From the NCBI RefSeq assembly GCF_036365525.1, contig NC_090371.1, forward strand, positions 164,225,307 to 164,289,306: DNA of 64,000 nucleotides, read 5' to 3'. The position numbers and the translations under genes were made by a program. The notes beneath the pieces are model-generated. The model made no database searches, was not told the origin of the DNA, and worked only from the letters and a program-made list of their open reading frames with translations. This document shows, in pieces, positions 1 to 12,533 of this stretch (positions within the stretch are counted from its first letter, which is position 1; each line of letters begins with the position of its first letter). The stretch comes from Heterodontus francisci. Its lineage: Eukaryota.

Positions 1-71
1 GAGTTTCTAGAGTGTGTTCAGGAGAATTTTCTACATCAGTATGTTTCCAGTCCAACAAGAAAGGAAGCATT

Positions 72-1054
72 CTGAAGGGATCGTTCCCTCCGCGACACCC
101 TGGTCCACTCCTCCATTACCCCCACCACCTCGTCCCCGTCCCAGGGCACCTTCCCCTGCAATCGCAGGAGGTGTAATACCTGCCCATTTACCTCCTCTCT
201 CCTCACTATCCCAGGCCCCAAACACTCCTTTCAGGTGAAGCAGCGATTTACTTGTACTTCTTTCAATGTAGTATACTGTATTCGCTGCTCACAGTGTGGT
301 CTCCTCTACATTGGGGAGACCCAGCGCAGACTGGGTGACCGCTTTGCGGAACATCTCCGCTCAGTCCGCAAGCAGGACCCTGAGCTTCAGGTTGCTTGCC
401 ATTTCAACACTCCCCCCTGCTCTCATGCTCACATCTCTGTCCTGGGATTGCTGCAGTGTTCCAGTGAACATCAACGCAAGCTCGAGTAACAGCATCTCAT
501 CTACCGATTAGGCACACTACAGCCTGCCGGACTGAACATTGAGTTCAATAATTTCAGAGCATGACAGCCCCCCATTTTACTTTCATTTTTAGTTATTTTT
601 TCTTCCTTTTTTTTACATTCTTTTTTACATTTTTTACAATTTTTTTTGCATTTATTTCATTTCATCTTAGTTTGTTCAGTTTGCTTACCCACTGTTTTTT
701 TTCAGGTTTGCACTTGCTGCTGTTCAATATTCAGTGTATTAACACCTAATCTGTACTAATGCTTTATCTTTCAACACACCATTAACATATTGTTTGCCTT
801 TGCTCCGTGACCTTTTGGTCAGCTATGTGGCCTGGTCCAATCTAGACCTCCTTTGTTATCTCTTGCCCCACCCCCACCTCACTTGCTTATAACCTGTGAC
901 TTTTCTAATATTTGTCAGTTCCGAAGAAGGGTCACTGAACCGAAACGTTAACTCTGCTTCTCTTTTCACAGATGCTGCCAGACCTGCTGAGTGGTTCCAG
1001 CATTTCTTGTTTTTATTTCAGATTTCCAGCATCCGCAGTATTTTGCTTTTAATT
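72..1054 (+). mobile_element. Penelope-like element, 5'-truncated (GIY-YIG endonuclease + 3' pLTR)
   Basis: VVYCIRCSQCGLLYIGETQRRLGDRFAEHL GIY-YIG motif; 15-bp TSD AAGAAAGGAAGCATT at 57-71 and 1055-1069. Confidence 0.9.
916..954 (+). ncRNA. Minimal type I hammerhead ribozyme motif in PLE terminus (core mutated to CCGAAGA)
   Basis: AGTT-CCGAAGA-AGGGTC-ACT-GAACC-GAAACGTT-AACT; stem I AGTT/AACT, palindromic ACGT in place of stem III. Confidence 0.65.
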
Positions 1055-2335
1055 AAGAAAGGAAGCATTGCTGGATCTGGTTCTGGGGAATGAGCTGGGT
1101 CAAGTGACAGCAGGGGTGCATTTAGGGGACAGTGATCATAGTATCATAAGGTTTAGGCTGGTTATGGAAAAGGACAAGGAACAATGCAGAGTAAGAATAA
1201 TTAATTGGGGTAGGGCCAACTTCAATCGGGTGAGAACAGATCTGTCTCAGATAAATTGGAATCAAAGATCAGCAAGCAAAACTGTTATGAAATAATAGGC
1301 TGCCTTTAAAGAGGAGATATTTTGGGTACAGTCAAGGTATGAAGGGGAAAGGTAGGACAAACAAATTCACAGCTCCCTGGAAGACGGAAGAGATAGATGA
1401 AGCAGAAAAAGGATGCATATGACAGATGTCAGGTAGGTAATACAATTGAGAACTAGGCTCAATATAGAAGATTCAGAGGGGAAGTGAAAAAACAAATAAG
1501 AGAAGCAAAAAGAGAGTATGAGAAGAGACTGGAGGCCAACATAAGAGGAAATCCAAAAGTCTTCTATAGACACACAAACAGTAAAAGGATAGGAAAAGGA
1601 GGAGTGGGGGCAATTAGGGACTTAAAAGGGGATTTACAATGGAGGCAGGTGGCATGGCTGAAGTACTAAATGAGTACTTTCCATCTGTCTTTACCGTGGA
1701 AGAAGATACTGACCAAGTCATAGTGAAAGAGAAAGGAGTTGAGACACTTCATGGGCTAAAAATTGACAAAGAGGAGGTATTAGAAAGGCTGGCTGTACTT
1801 AAAATTCATAAGCCACCAGGACTAGATGAAATTCATCCAAAGATATTGAGGGAAGTAAGGGTGGAAATTGCAGAGGCACTGGCCGTAATCTTCCAATCCT
1901 CCTTAGATACAGGGATGGTGTCAGAGGACTGGAGAATTGCAAATGTTGCACCCTTGTACTAAAAGGGTGCAAGGCTAAGCCTGGCAGCTACAGGCCAATC
2001 AGTTTAACCTTTCTGGAGGGGAAGCTTTTAGAAATAATAATTTGGGACAAAATTAAGTCACTTGGGCAAATGTGGATTGATTAAGGAAAGTCAGCACAGA
2101 TTTGTTTTAGGAAAATTGTGTTTAATTAACTTGATTGAGTTTTTTGATCAGGTAACAGAGAAGGTTGATGAAGGTAATGTGGTTGATGTGGTGTACATGG
2201 ACTTCCAAAAGGCATTTGATAAAGTGTCATATATCAGGCTTGTGAGCAAAGGTAGAGCTCATGGAATAAAAGGGACACTAGCAGCATGGATATGAATTTT
2301 GTTGAGTGACTGGAAACAAAGACTAATGGTGAACG

Positions 2336-3051
2336 TAATAAAAACAGACAGTTCTGGAAATACTCAGCAGGTCTGGCAGCATCTGTGGAGAGAGAAGCAG
2401 AGTTAACATTTCAGGTCTGTGATCTTTCATCAGAACTGGCAAAGGTCAGAAAGGTTAGGTTTTAAGCAAATGAAGGGGGTGGTGGGGGGGGCGTGGTTGG
2501 TGTTGGTGGGGAACAGAACGAAAGGAAGGTGTGTGATAAGGCAAGGGCAGGAGAAATTAAATAACAAAGCTGTTGTCCTGGGACAAAGGAAAAGAGTGTG
2601 TTCGTGCTTGTGGTGAAAGACAATGCATTAGTCCAGAGAGAGTGTTAATAGTGGATTAATGAGTAGCTCTGTCTACATGAAAAACAGGCACATGGTTAAA
2701 AAATAAAACAAAATTAAAAATATAAAAAAATGCTCTGAAGTTATTGAACTCAATGTTCAGTCCGCAAGCCAGTAGAGTGCCTAATCGAAAGATCAGGTGC
2801 TGCTCCTTGAGCTTGCATTGATGTTCACTGGAACACTGCATCAGGCCAAAGACAGAAATGTTGGCATGAGAGCAGGGGTGGAGGGGGAGGGGGGGGGGGC
2901 GGGCGGGGTGTTGTTGAAATAGCAAGTGACCGGAAGCTTGGGGGTCATTCTTTTGGACTGAGCAGAAGTGTTCCGCAAAGCGGTCACCCAATCTGCGTTT
3001 GGTCTCCCCAATATAGAGGTGACCGCATTGTGAGCAGCGAATACAGTAGAC
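2336..3051 (-). mobile_element. Penelope-like element, 5'-truncated, inserted in CR1 RT
   Basis: GDRFAEH...EQHLIFRLGTL...GLNIEFNNFR; 9-bp TSD TGGTGAACG (2327-2335) / TGGTGAATG (3052-3060). Confidence 0.88.
2401..2437 (-). ncRNA. Minimal hammerhead ribozyme motif in PLE terminus
   Basis: Minus strand AGTT-CTGATGA-AAGATC-ACA-GACCT-GAAATGTT-AACT. Confidence 0.65.
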
Positions 3052-4438
3052 TGGTGAATGGTTGTTTTCATACTGAAGGAAGATTTATAGTGGAGTTCCC
3101 CAGGGGTTAGTGTTAGGACCCCTGCTTTTCTTGACATATATTAGTGACCTAGACCTTGGTGTATAGGGCACAACTTCAAAATTTGTGGATGACACAAAAC
3201 TTGGAAGTATTGGGAACCGTGAAGAGGATAGTGTTCAACAAAAGGACAGACATGTTGGTGGAATGGTTGGACAAGTGGCAAAGAAAATTTAATGCAGAGA
3301 AGTATGAAGTGATGTATTTCGGTCAGAAGAACGAGGAGAGCCAATATAACATAAAGGGTACAATTATAAAGGGGGTGCAGGAGCAGAGCGACCGGGGGAT
3401 ATATGTGCACAAATCATTGAAGATGGCAGGGCAGGTTGAGAAAGTGGTTAACAAAGCATACGGGATCCTGGGCTTTATAAATCGGGGCATGGAGTACAAA
3501 AGAAAGGAAGTTATGATAAACCTGTATAAAACATTGGTTCGGCCTCAAATGGAGTATTGTGATGCTTTAGGAAGGATGTGAAGGCATTAGAGAGGGTGCA
3601 GAAAAGATTCACGAGAATGGTTCCAGGGATGAGGAACTTCATTTACATGGATAGATTGGAGAAGATGTGGCTGTTTTCCTCGGAGAAGAGATCGTTGAGA
3701 GGAAATTTGATACAATTGTTCAAAATCTTGAGGGGTTTGGACAGAGTAGGTAGGGGGAAACTGTTCCCATTGGTGGAAGGATCGAGAATCAGAGGACACC
3801 GATTTAATGCGATTAGCAAAAGAAGCAACGTGGAATATGGTTAAGATCTAGAATGCACTGCCTGAGAATGTGGTGAAGGCAGATTCAATTGTGGCTTTCA
3901 AAAGAGAATTCAATAATTATCTGAAGAGAAATTTGGGGAAAAGGCAGGGAATGGGACTAGGTGAGCTGAACTTGCAAAGAGCTGGCACTGACATGACAGG
4001 CCAAATGGCCTTCTTCTGTGCTGTAAACATTCTATGATTCTGTAAACCTTAGCAAGTTGCTGCAGTGCTTCTTGTAGACCTAGAAATATCCATATAACCT
4101 CTTCACATGTACCATATTGGTGAACTGGTCAGAAGATTGATGTAACTCAGACATTTATCATGAGGAGTTTACTATTCTTGGCTTTTGTGTGGAAAATATC
4201 TGGAAGCCATTTGATGTGTATCCTTACTTAATATTGAAGGCTATTCTTTGCAATGGCTTCTGTCTTTTCAGCTTTCCAGGCATCATTATTGATTTATACG
4301 TTTTATCTGAAAAAGTTCAACAATACAAGAATGTATCTCACTACAGATCTTTCCAACCATCACAGCAAATTGTCACTGCGCTCATTTTGAACTGCCAGAC
4401 TTGGTGTATTGCACCAATTTGTTATGAGAAAATAGTAT

Positions 4439-5304
4439 TGTTATGATCAGGTGAGAAATGTGTCTAGGGGTATTTTTCTGTCTTTACCTGGTCTTATTGT
4501 AATAGGGTTTTATTTTTAAACACACTTTGTTTTGAGCTCCCCCTTTTTGGGAATCCTTGTTCACAGTTTTCCAATTATAAGGCAAAGAAACCAACACACC
4601 AGGTTTTCTCGGGTTTAAACAAGAAAAGTGAAGCTTATTAAAACTTAAACTCTAATACGGTTCACGCATACAGATAGACATGCCCACGCTAGCATGCTCA
4701 TGCGATATACACATGCAGATAGGGACAGTAAAGAGAAGAGGGGTTTGAGGCAATATCAGAAGAGTTTCTTGTTTAATGTGCATCGAGCTCGCTTGATTGT
4801 AGGTAGTCTTGCTGTTCGTCGGGGCCCAGTGTTCCTCTTAAACCTTGTTCATGTAGAAGACTTTTCTCTCTTTGAGTTTCACGTGTTTTTATAAGATTCA
4901 GTTCCGTGGGAAAGATGGAGGCAGGCAGGACTGGAGAGGTTCTGCTTCAGTTCCAGGGGCACATGACTTTCTGAGTTCCAATCCTCTGTTGGAAGTTCGA
5001 ATTCAAAAACTCCAACGGTCAGTCAGTCATGTGACCAAAACTGGTCTGACCACTTCTTCTGTGTATTCGGCCATCTTAGTAGTTGACCTGGAATGCTTCA
5101 ATGTCTGGGAATCAAAAGTCCATTGTTGGTTGAATGTGTCAGGGCATGGTCCTTTGTCTCTTGTTCCAACACTGCCTGTTACCATGCAAATGTCTTTCCA
5201 GTCAGGGGCTTGCAATTTTAAGTTTTAATGTTCATGTGGCAAAATAATGTGTGCCTCAGTCTTGGCAGGTGGGGGGGTGGGGGTGGGGTGGGGTTTGCCT
5301 GACA
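4439..5304. mobile_element. Solo LTR
   Basis: Starts TGTTATGA, ends CCTGACA; flanks GTAT/GTGT (4-bp TSD, 1 mismatch); homologous end to end with 23758-24638. Confidence 0.7.
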
Positions 5305-5667
5305 GTGTTTTTATTAGGAATATAGGCAGGATCATTCATATTGGCAGGAATTTTACCAGGGCTTTGGAGACAGCCCCTTATCCTGAGACTGTCCCCACCC
5401 CCCCCCCCCCCCCCCCACCCCGTGTTTTAGATTCCCCGGTCAGCAGAAAGTATCTCAGCATCTAGCCAATCCAGCCCCTTCTTTTATCCTTCAGAATCTT
5501 AGTTGCACTTGCACAGAGCTGGCATATAGATAATGGCACAAATGGCTTCCTTCTGTGCTGTAACCATTCTATGATTCTGTAAAAATATGGCAAGTGTTGG
5601 CTGTACTATTATTGTATTGCTGGCCATCAAGTGCATTGCTATCTTTTATTGTGTTATCAAGTTACCG

Positions 5668-5940
5668 CAGGCATCTGCAAACTTTGTGGGAACACCACCA
5701 TCTGCAAGTTCCCTTCCAAACCACACACCATCCTGACTTCGAACTATATCGCCAATCCTTCAGTGTCACTGGGTCAACATCCTGGAACTCCCTCCCTAAC
5801 AGCACTGTGGGTGTACCTACACCATATGGACTGCAGCTGCTCAAGATGGCAGCTCACCACCTTCTCAAGGGCAATTAGGGATGGCAATAAATGCTGGTGT
5901 TGCCAACAACATTCACATCCAATAAATGAATAAAAATAAA
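5668..5940 (+). mobile_element. 3' end of the tRNA-headed LINE family (see 45720-48956)
   Basis: GGGAACACCACCATCTGCAAGTTCCC...CAAGGGCAATTAGGGATGG...CACATCC + ATGAATAAAA tail. Confidence 0.8.
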
Positions 5941-5954
5941 ACTGTGTTTGTATA

Positions 5955-6110
5955 CGAACATATGTACGAACATATGAATTAGGAACAGGAGTAGGCCACT
6001 CAGCCTTTCGAGCTTGCTCCGCCATTTAATAAGTTCATGGCTGAACTGATTACTCCACATTTCCACTGACCTCCAATAACCATCCACCCCCTTGCTGATC
6101 AAGAATGTGT
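5955..6110 (-). mobile_element. CR1 3' UTR fragment
   Basis: Reverse complement of the CR1 3' end seen at 63000-63085 (GGAGTAGGCCACTCAGCC). Confidence 0.7.
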
Positions 6111-6632
6111 ATGAATACACGCCCGATTTGTTCAAGAGAGACAAAGTGCAACACATTAGTTATAAACCAAGCTTCTTCACCATCCAACATTTTCTTCATG
6201 TTTTTTAGCTTGCATTTAGCTGAGTGGCAATATTGGGCTCAATAGATTGAACGCCTTTCTCACCTGTCTAATTTCCTATGACTGGAGTCAGTTGCAGATG
6301 TAAAATAAATTCAAGGAACTGTTCAATAAATCACTTCAGATTTTATTGTTAATTATGTCATTAGATTCCCCTTCCTGTGTTACGGCCATAGAGGCAATAA
6401 ATTATATTTATACGTATAGGGTATCCATGGATACTGGTTTGGCACACACTTCTGTAATTCTATGTGGTTGCCATCATGGACATAATGTATTAAGCTTCAC
6501 ATCTGTTAAGTCTCGATTAATTATAGTGACTAGCTGTGATTTGTTTTTGCTTGTTTCAATGTTACAAATTAAGCAATCAAAAATAAACTTTGATGCATTC
6601 ATTCCAATGGATTTTCAAATTACTAGAAAGCC

Positions 6633-6945
6633 TTTTTTTATTCATTCATGGGATCTGGGCATTTATTGCCCATCCCTAATTGCCCATGAGAAGGTGGTGG
6701 AAAGCCACTCTCTTGAACAACTGCAGTCTATGTGGTGTAGGTACACCCACAGTGCTGCTAGGGAGAGAGTTCCAGGATTTTGACCCAGCAACAGTAAAGG
6801 AGCAGCGATATTGTTCCAAGTCAGAATGGTGTGTGACTTGGAGCGGAACTTGCAGGTGGTGGTATTTCGATGCATCTGTTGCCCTCCTCTTTCTAGGTGA
6901 TAGAGGTCGTGGGTTTGGAAGGTGCTGTCGACGGAGCCAAAAGGC
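6633..6945 (-). mobile_element. 3' end of the tRNA-headed LINE family
   Basis: Matches 45720-46030 (TTTTTTTATTCATTCATGGGAT...GGTTTGGAAGGTGCTGTC). Confidence 0.8.
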
Positions 6946-8075
6946 ATTTGACAACAGACCTGTGAGCAATGTTATAGATCACGAAATAAAAGGGACAGTA
7001 GCAACATGGATACGAAATTGGCTGAGATACAAAAAGATAGTGGTTAATGCATGTTTTTTGGACTGCAGGAAGGTTTGTAGTGGAGTTCCCCAGGGGTCAG
7101 TGTGGGGACCCTTGCTCTTGCTGATATATATTAATAACCTAATTATATATTAATATACAAACTGGGTGGTTTTATTTTAATAAAAAAAAGTCAACAGCCG
7201 AACAAAGGTGTACAGGGCACAATTTCAAAACTTGGAAGCATTGTGAATTATGAGGAGAATAGTGTAGAAATTCAAAAGAACATAGACAAGTTGGTGGAAT
7301 GGGCGGACAAGTGGCAGATGAAGTTCAATGCAAAGTGTGAAGTGATTCATTTTGGTAAGAAGAACATACAGAGACAATACAAAGTAAAGTGTACAACTCT
7401 AAAGGGGTGCAGGAGCAGAGAGATCTGGGTGTATATGCGTGTACGTCATTGAAGTGGCAGGACAGGTTGAGAAAGTGGTTATTAAAGCGTACAGTACCCT
7501 AGGCTTTATTAATAGGGACATAGAGTACAAGAGCAAGGAGGTTATACTAACCTTGTATAAATTACTGGTTCGGCCAGTTCTGGGCACCGCACTTTAGGAA
7601 AGATGTGAAGGCATGGGAGAGAATGCAGAAAAGATGCACAAGAATAGTTCCAGGGATGAGGAACTTCATTTACAAAGACAGACTGGAGAAATTGGAACTG
7701 TTTTCCTTGAAGAGAAGGCTGAGAGGTGATTTGATAGAGGGATTCAAAATCATGAGGGGATCTGGACAGAGGAGATAGGGAAAAACTGTTCCCACTCATG
7801 AAAGAATGAAGAACAAGAGGGTTCAGAGTCAAAGCAAAAGAAACAGTGGCAACATGAGGAAAAGCTTTTTCACACAGCGAGTGGTTAGAATCTGGAATGC
7901 ACTGCCTGAGAGTGTGGTGGAGGTAGGTTCAGTCGAGGCATTTAAAAGGGAATGAGATAGTAATCTGAAAAGAAAAAAACCTGCAGGGTTAGGAACAAAG
8001 CGGGAAAATGGCACCAAGTGAATTTTTCATTCTGAGAGCCAATGCAGAAATGCTGGGCCTATTCTGTGATTCTGA
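6946..8075 (+). mobile_element. CR1 LINE 3' part (decayed RT + 3' UTR)
   Basis: SGVPQGSVWGPLLLLIYIN, WADKWQMKFN; ATTCTGTGATTCTG tail. Confidence 0.85.
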
Positions 8076-8256
8076 GCATTGTCTAATTACTGCAGTACAT
8101 CTTGTAGAATGTGCACACTGTGCGCCGGTGGTGGATTTTCCTATACTTGGATGTTGGCAATAATGAAAATTACCAATAGAAGTGATTACATACCGCTGTC
8201 ACATATACCTAAAACAATATCGCATTGCTGTATCTACCTGAAGGTAATATTGCAGA

Positions 8257-8355
8257 CACAAAAACAAGAAATGCTGGAATCACTCAGCAGGTCTGGCAGC
8301 ATCTGTGGAAAGAGATGTTTCAGATTTCCAGCATCCGCAGTATTTTGCTTTTATT
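8257..8355. mobile_element. 99-bp PLE terminal-repeat insertion with internal inversion
   Basis: Two oppositely oriented pieces of the PLE terminus (compare 960-1050); perfect 13-bp TSD GTAATATTGCAGA at 8244-8256 and 8356-8368. Confidence 0.8.
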
Positions 8356-8398
8356 GTAATATTGCAGAGTTTGGGCTCTCTGTGAACTCTAACCCCTC

Positions 8399-8412
8399 GT
8401 TACCTTAGCGAC
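8399..8412. promoter_or_regulatory. Candidate RFX X-box upstream of RAB28
   Basis: GTTACCTTAGCGAC versus X-box consensus GTTRCCATRGYRAC; ~620 bp upstream of the ATG of a ciliary gene. Confidence 0.6.
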
Positions 8413-8657
8413 CAAATTGCACCAGGATTGGAAGAGTCCATCACTAACATAGGGGGTAACAATGGAATAAGCCACATGTCGGTTATATAAAAATAAACCA
8501 TTACAGGCTAAAACTTCATTAGAAAACTACTTTTGAAATTATAATGTCATTCGCGTTTTTAACATCTGTTTCCCTCTCTTCCTAGTTATGGCAGAAGGAG
8601 TGAATAGCTAGATTTCTCCCCACCACCACCTTGCAATATTCCACTGTCCCCAGTGTG

Positions 8658-8675
8658 AAAATGGCTCCTGGCAAC
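8658..8675. promoter_or_regulatory. Candidate second X-box half-site overlapping a YY1-like motif
   Basis: AAAATGGCTCCTGGCAAC: CCTGGCAAC RFX half-site plus AAAATGGC; lies at the start of the purine-rich, repeat-free region leading to the ATG. Confidence 0.45.
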
Positions 8676-9029
8676 GGCGAACCGGAGCAGTGAGCGCAGT
8701 TTGGGCATAAGGATTGGGATAGAGTGGAGCCCAGGGAATAGGGACAGCGCTAAGAAATAGAGATAGGCAGGAAAGAACACAGCCCAGGGAATAAGGATAA
8801 ACAGGAGAGAGCTGGGCCCGGGGCAGAAGAACAAGGGGCGAGGGAGAGGAGCCCGGGGCACAGGGACAAGGGGGGAGAGAGGGAGAGAGCGGAGCCCAAC
8901 CCAGCAGCAGTAGTGAAAGCTCGGAATCTGATGGTAAGGGCAGAGACTCCCAGACAGAGTAACAAGAGAGCTGGGTCCGGCCCGGTTTGATCCGACCCAT
9001 CCTAGAGCGGCTCCTAATCAGGCTGCACC

Positions 9030-9104
9030 ATGTCCGACTCTGAGGACGAAACTAACGACCGGCAACTGAAGATCGTCATTTTAGGGGACGGCGCATCAGG
9101 AAAG
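9030..9104 (+). CDS. RAB28: Ras-related protein Rab-28, coding exon 1
   Basis: GCACCATG Kozak context; [25 protein letters not shown] (P-loop); donor GTGAGA. Confidence 0.97.
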
Positions 9105-9242
9105 GTGAGAGGCCAGGGGTCGCGGTCCGAAAATTAAAACCCTGGAAACCGAGCCTCCTCCTGGTGGGACCACTCGCTCCCTCCTGAAGATTGATGGAAA
9201 TTATTCCAGATCCTGTGTATTAACCAGTGGTTTCTGTTGCAG

Positions 9243-9339
9243 ACCTCTTTGGCAATGCGTTTCGCCCAGGAAGCTTTTGGGAAACAATATAAGCAAACAA
9301 TTGGGTTGGATTTTTTTCTGAAAAGACTATCTCTACCGG
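9243..9339 (+). CDS. RAB28: Rab-28 coding exon 2
   Basis: Acceptor TTGCAG; [32 protein letters not shown](G); donor GTAAGA; 97 nt, phase 0 to 1. Confidence 0.97.
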
Positions 9340-9944
9340 GTAAGAACATTCAGCAAAGCTACACTGTACGAAGTGTAAAATATATTCATTGGAATAGTTG
9401 TATTTATATAAATTTTGCAATTGTTTGGACTTCCTATACCATTATAAATCCTTATCTCCGTATTTATGATGGGAAATGTCCGTATAAATTGTCACACTGT
9501 AATTGCGCCCTCCCCACAGTGGTGGCATAATTGTGCCTCACTTTTGTATTTCCCAGCTTTTAAGTTTGTACTGCAGTGAAACTTTCATGCTCCACCAAAC
9601 TTTATTTTTCCTGCTTCCTAAACCACAGTAGGTTTAACTTTTTAATTTAAAAAGAAATGAGAAAAAAAAACTATATAAAAGTAAGACTGGAATGTATAAC
9701 TTTAAAATGGGGATTAATTTATGTCTGTCCAGCCTGAACCAATTATCTTCCTCCCTCCAGCTGCTGAACTGGAAGACAACTTAATGTTGTTTTTGGTCAT
9801 CTATCCTAATATCTCCTGTAACTTGGTGTCAAAGCTTATTTTTATTGGTCTAGCTCCTATCAAGTACTTTGGGATGTCTTACTATGTCAAATGCAAGTTT
9901 TTTTTCTGCCATGATAAATGTAATTAACTCTATGGGCTTTCACA

Positions 9945-12030
9945 GAATGGTTAGTGCAGAAGGAGGCCATTTGGCCCAACGTGTCTGCACTGGCTCTTAG
10001 CGCAATTCCCTCAGTTCTAACCCCTTGCCTTCTCCCTGTAACCCTGCACATTCTTCCTTTTTTATATAACTGTCTAATTCCCTTTTGAATGCTTCAATTG
10101 AAGCAACCTCCACCACGTTGTCAGGCAGCACATTCCAGACCTTAACCACTCGCTGCTTGAAAATGTTTTTCCTCATATCACTCTTGCTTCTCTTACCAAA
10201 TACTTTAAATCTTTGCCCTCCTGTTTGCGATCCTTTCACGAGTGGGAATGATTTCTCTCTACTCTGTCCAGACCCCTCATGATTTTGAATGCCTCTATAT
10301 CAAATCACCTCTCAGCCTTGCCTTCTCTTCAAGGAAAACAGTCCTAACTTCTCCAATCTATCTTCATAACTGAAATTCCTCATCCCTGGAGCCATTCTCG
10401 TGAATCTTTTCTGTACTCTCTCCAATACCCTCACGTCTTTTCTAAAGTGCAGTGCCCAGAACTGGACACAATACTCCAGCTGAGGCCGAACTAGTGTCTT
10501 GTACAAATTTAACATAACTTCCTTGCTCTTGTACTCTATGCCCCTATTAATAAAGCCCAGGATACTGTGCTTTATTGACTGCCCTCTCAACCTGTCCTGC
10601 CACCTTCAATGACTTATGCACATATACACTCAGGTCCCTCTGCTCCTGCAGCCACTTTAGAATTGTACCCTTTATTCTATATTGTCCCTCCATGTTCTTC
10701 CTACCAAAATGAATTACTTCGCACTTCTCTATATTGAATTTCATCTGCCACCTGTCTGTCCATTGCACCAACTTGCCCACGTCCTTTTGAAGTTCTACAC
10801 TATTCTCCTCACAGTTCACAATGCTTCCAAGTTTCGTATCATCTGCAGACTTTGAAATTGTGCCCTGTGCACCAAGGTCATTAATATATAACAGAAAAAA
10901 CAAGGGTCCTAACACTGATCCCTGGGGAACTCCATTACAACTCTTCCTGCAGCCCGAAAAACCTGCATTAACCACTACTGTTTGTTTCCTGTCACTCAAC
11001 CAATTTTGTATCCATATTGCTGCCTTCCCTTTTATTCCATGAGCTACAAGTTTGCTCGCAAGTCTGTTGTGTGGCACTGTATCAACACATCAACAACGTG
11101 GCCCTCATCAATCCTCTCTGTTACCACCTCAAAAAAAAAAAAAACTCCAGCAAGTTAGTTAACCATGATCTTTCCCTTACGAAATCTATGCTGGCTTTCC
11201 TTAATTAACTCACATTTGTCCGTGTGACTATTGATTTTGTCCTGAATTACTTTGTTCAGATGTTTTCTCACCACCGAAGTTAAACTAGCCTGTAGTTGCT
11301 GGGCTTATCTTTACACCCTTTTTTGAACAAAGGTGTAATGTTTGCAATTCTCCAGTCCTCTGGCACCACCCGAGTCTAAGGCAGACTGAAAAATTATGGC
11401 CAGTGCCTCTGTGATTTTCCCCCTCACTTCCCTCAGTATCCTTGGATGCATCTCATCTGGTCCACTTTATCCACTTCAAGTTCAGACAACCTAACTAATA
11501 CTTACTCTTCATCAATTATAAACCCCCCCCCCCCAAAGTGTCTGACTTGTGTCCTCTTTCAACATTGTCTGGGTTTCATCATCATCCTTGGTAAAGATAG
11601 ATGCAAAGTATTCATTTAATACCTCAGCTATGCCCTCTGCCTCCGTGTGTAAATTCCCTTTCTGGTCCATAATCAGCCCCACTCTTTCTTTTACCACCCT
11701 TTTACTATTTATATGCGTATAGAAAACTTTAAGATTTCCTTTAATGCTAGCTGCCATGCTCTCTCTCTTTGCTTCTCTTATTTGCTTTTTCTCTTCCCCT
11801 CTAGACCTTCTATATTCAGCCTGGTTCTCAATAGTATTTTCTATCTGGCATCTGTCAAAAGCACGCTTTCTTTATTTTTAATCTCGACCTCTTTTGTCAT
11901 CCAGGGAGCTCTGGATTTGTTTGCCCTACTTTTGCCCTTAGAGGGAACATACCTCAATTGTGCCCGAACTATGTCTTCTTTGAAGGTAGTCCATTGTTCA
12001 TCTTTTTCTGTTTTCTTGCCAGCTTTTGAT
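9945..12030 (-). mobile_element. CR1 LINE, decayed 3' ~2 kb
   Basis: GVPQGSVLGPLFFLLYINDL, ADDTKLG, YKTLVRPQLEYCVQFW on minus strand. Confidence 0.9.
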
Positions 12031-12164
12031 TCCTTCTAAATAATATTTCTTACAAGCGCGCTTAACATTAACTTTGCTCAAAGTTTTGCATGTTGTAATA
12101 CTGATTCCATATATCTTGAGTAATAAAGCATAGACACCATTATCTCTTTCTCCATATCTTTCAA

Positions 12165-12425
12165 AGTAATTGGTAAAAGAAGCAAAAGCGACATGAGGAA
12201 AAACTTTTTCATGCAGCGAGTAGTTAAGGAATGCATTGCCTGTGTGTGATGGAGGCAGGTTCAATTGAAGCATTCAAAAGGAAATTAGACTGTTATGTGA
12301 AAAGGAATAGTGTGTAGGGTTATGGGGGGAGTGGCACTAGGTCAATTGCTCATTCAGCATTCTGGTGCAGACATGATGGGCTGAATGGCCTCCTTCTGCA
12401 CTGAAACAATTGTGATTCTGTGATC
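12165..12425 (+). mobile_element. CR1 3' UTR fragment
   Basis: GACATGAGGAAAAACTTTTTCATGCAGCGAG...TGTGATTCTGTGA tail. Confidence 0.75.
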
Positions 12426-12533
12426 TGCAAAGTTAGAGCATTAGGTAGCCATGATTTCATATGTGTATGTATATAAATGGGTATGTGTTCTAGTTTCCCT
12501 CATTCTTTAAAATGATTTCTGGATGCTTTGAGA

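Larger units (their letters stand above)
1..4041 (+). mobile_element. CR1 LINE, decayed ORF2 (endonuclease end + RT) and 3' UTR, interrupted by two Penelope-like insertions
   Basis: Translations EFLECVQENFLHQYV, DWRIANVAPL, VDVVYMDFQKAFDKV, YKTLVRPQMEYC; CR1-type ATTCTATGATTCT tail near 4030; many stops and frameshifts. Confidence 0.9.

Noticed and set aside
8586-9000. Minus-strand ORFs as a divergent head-to-head gene
   Set aside because: Pro/Leu/Ser-rich translations arise from the purine-rich 5' region; no recognisable domain or splice structure.
9105-9530. Retention of the 138-nt intron 1, or the 97-aa ORF 9237-9530, as an alternative RAB28 protein
   Set aside because: Intron 1 has an in-frame TAA after 10 codons; the ORF is exon 2 read through into intron 2.
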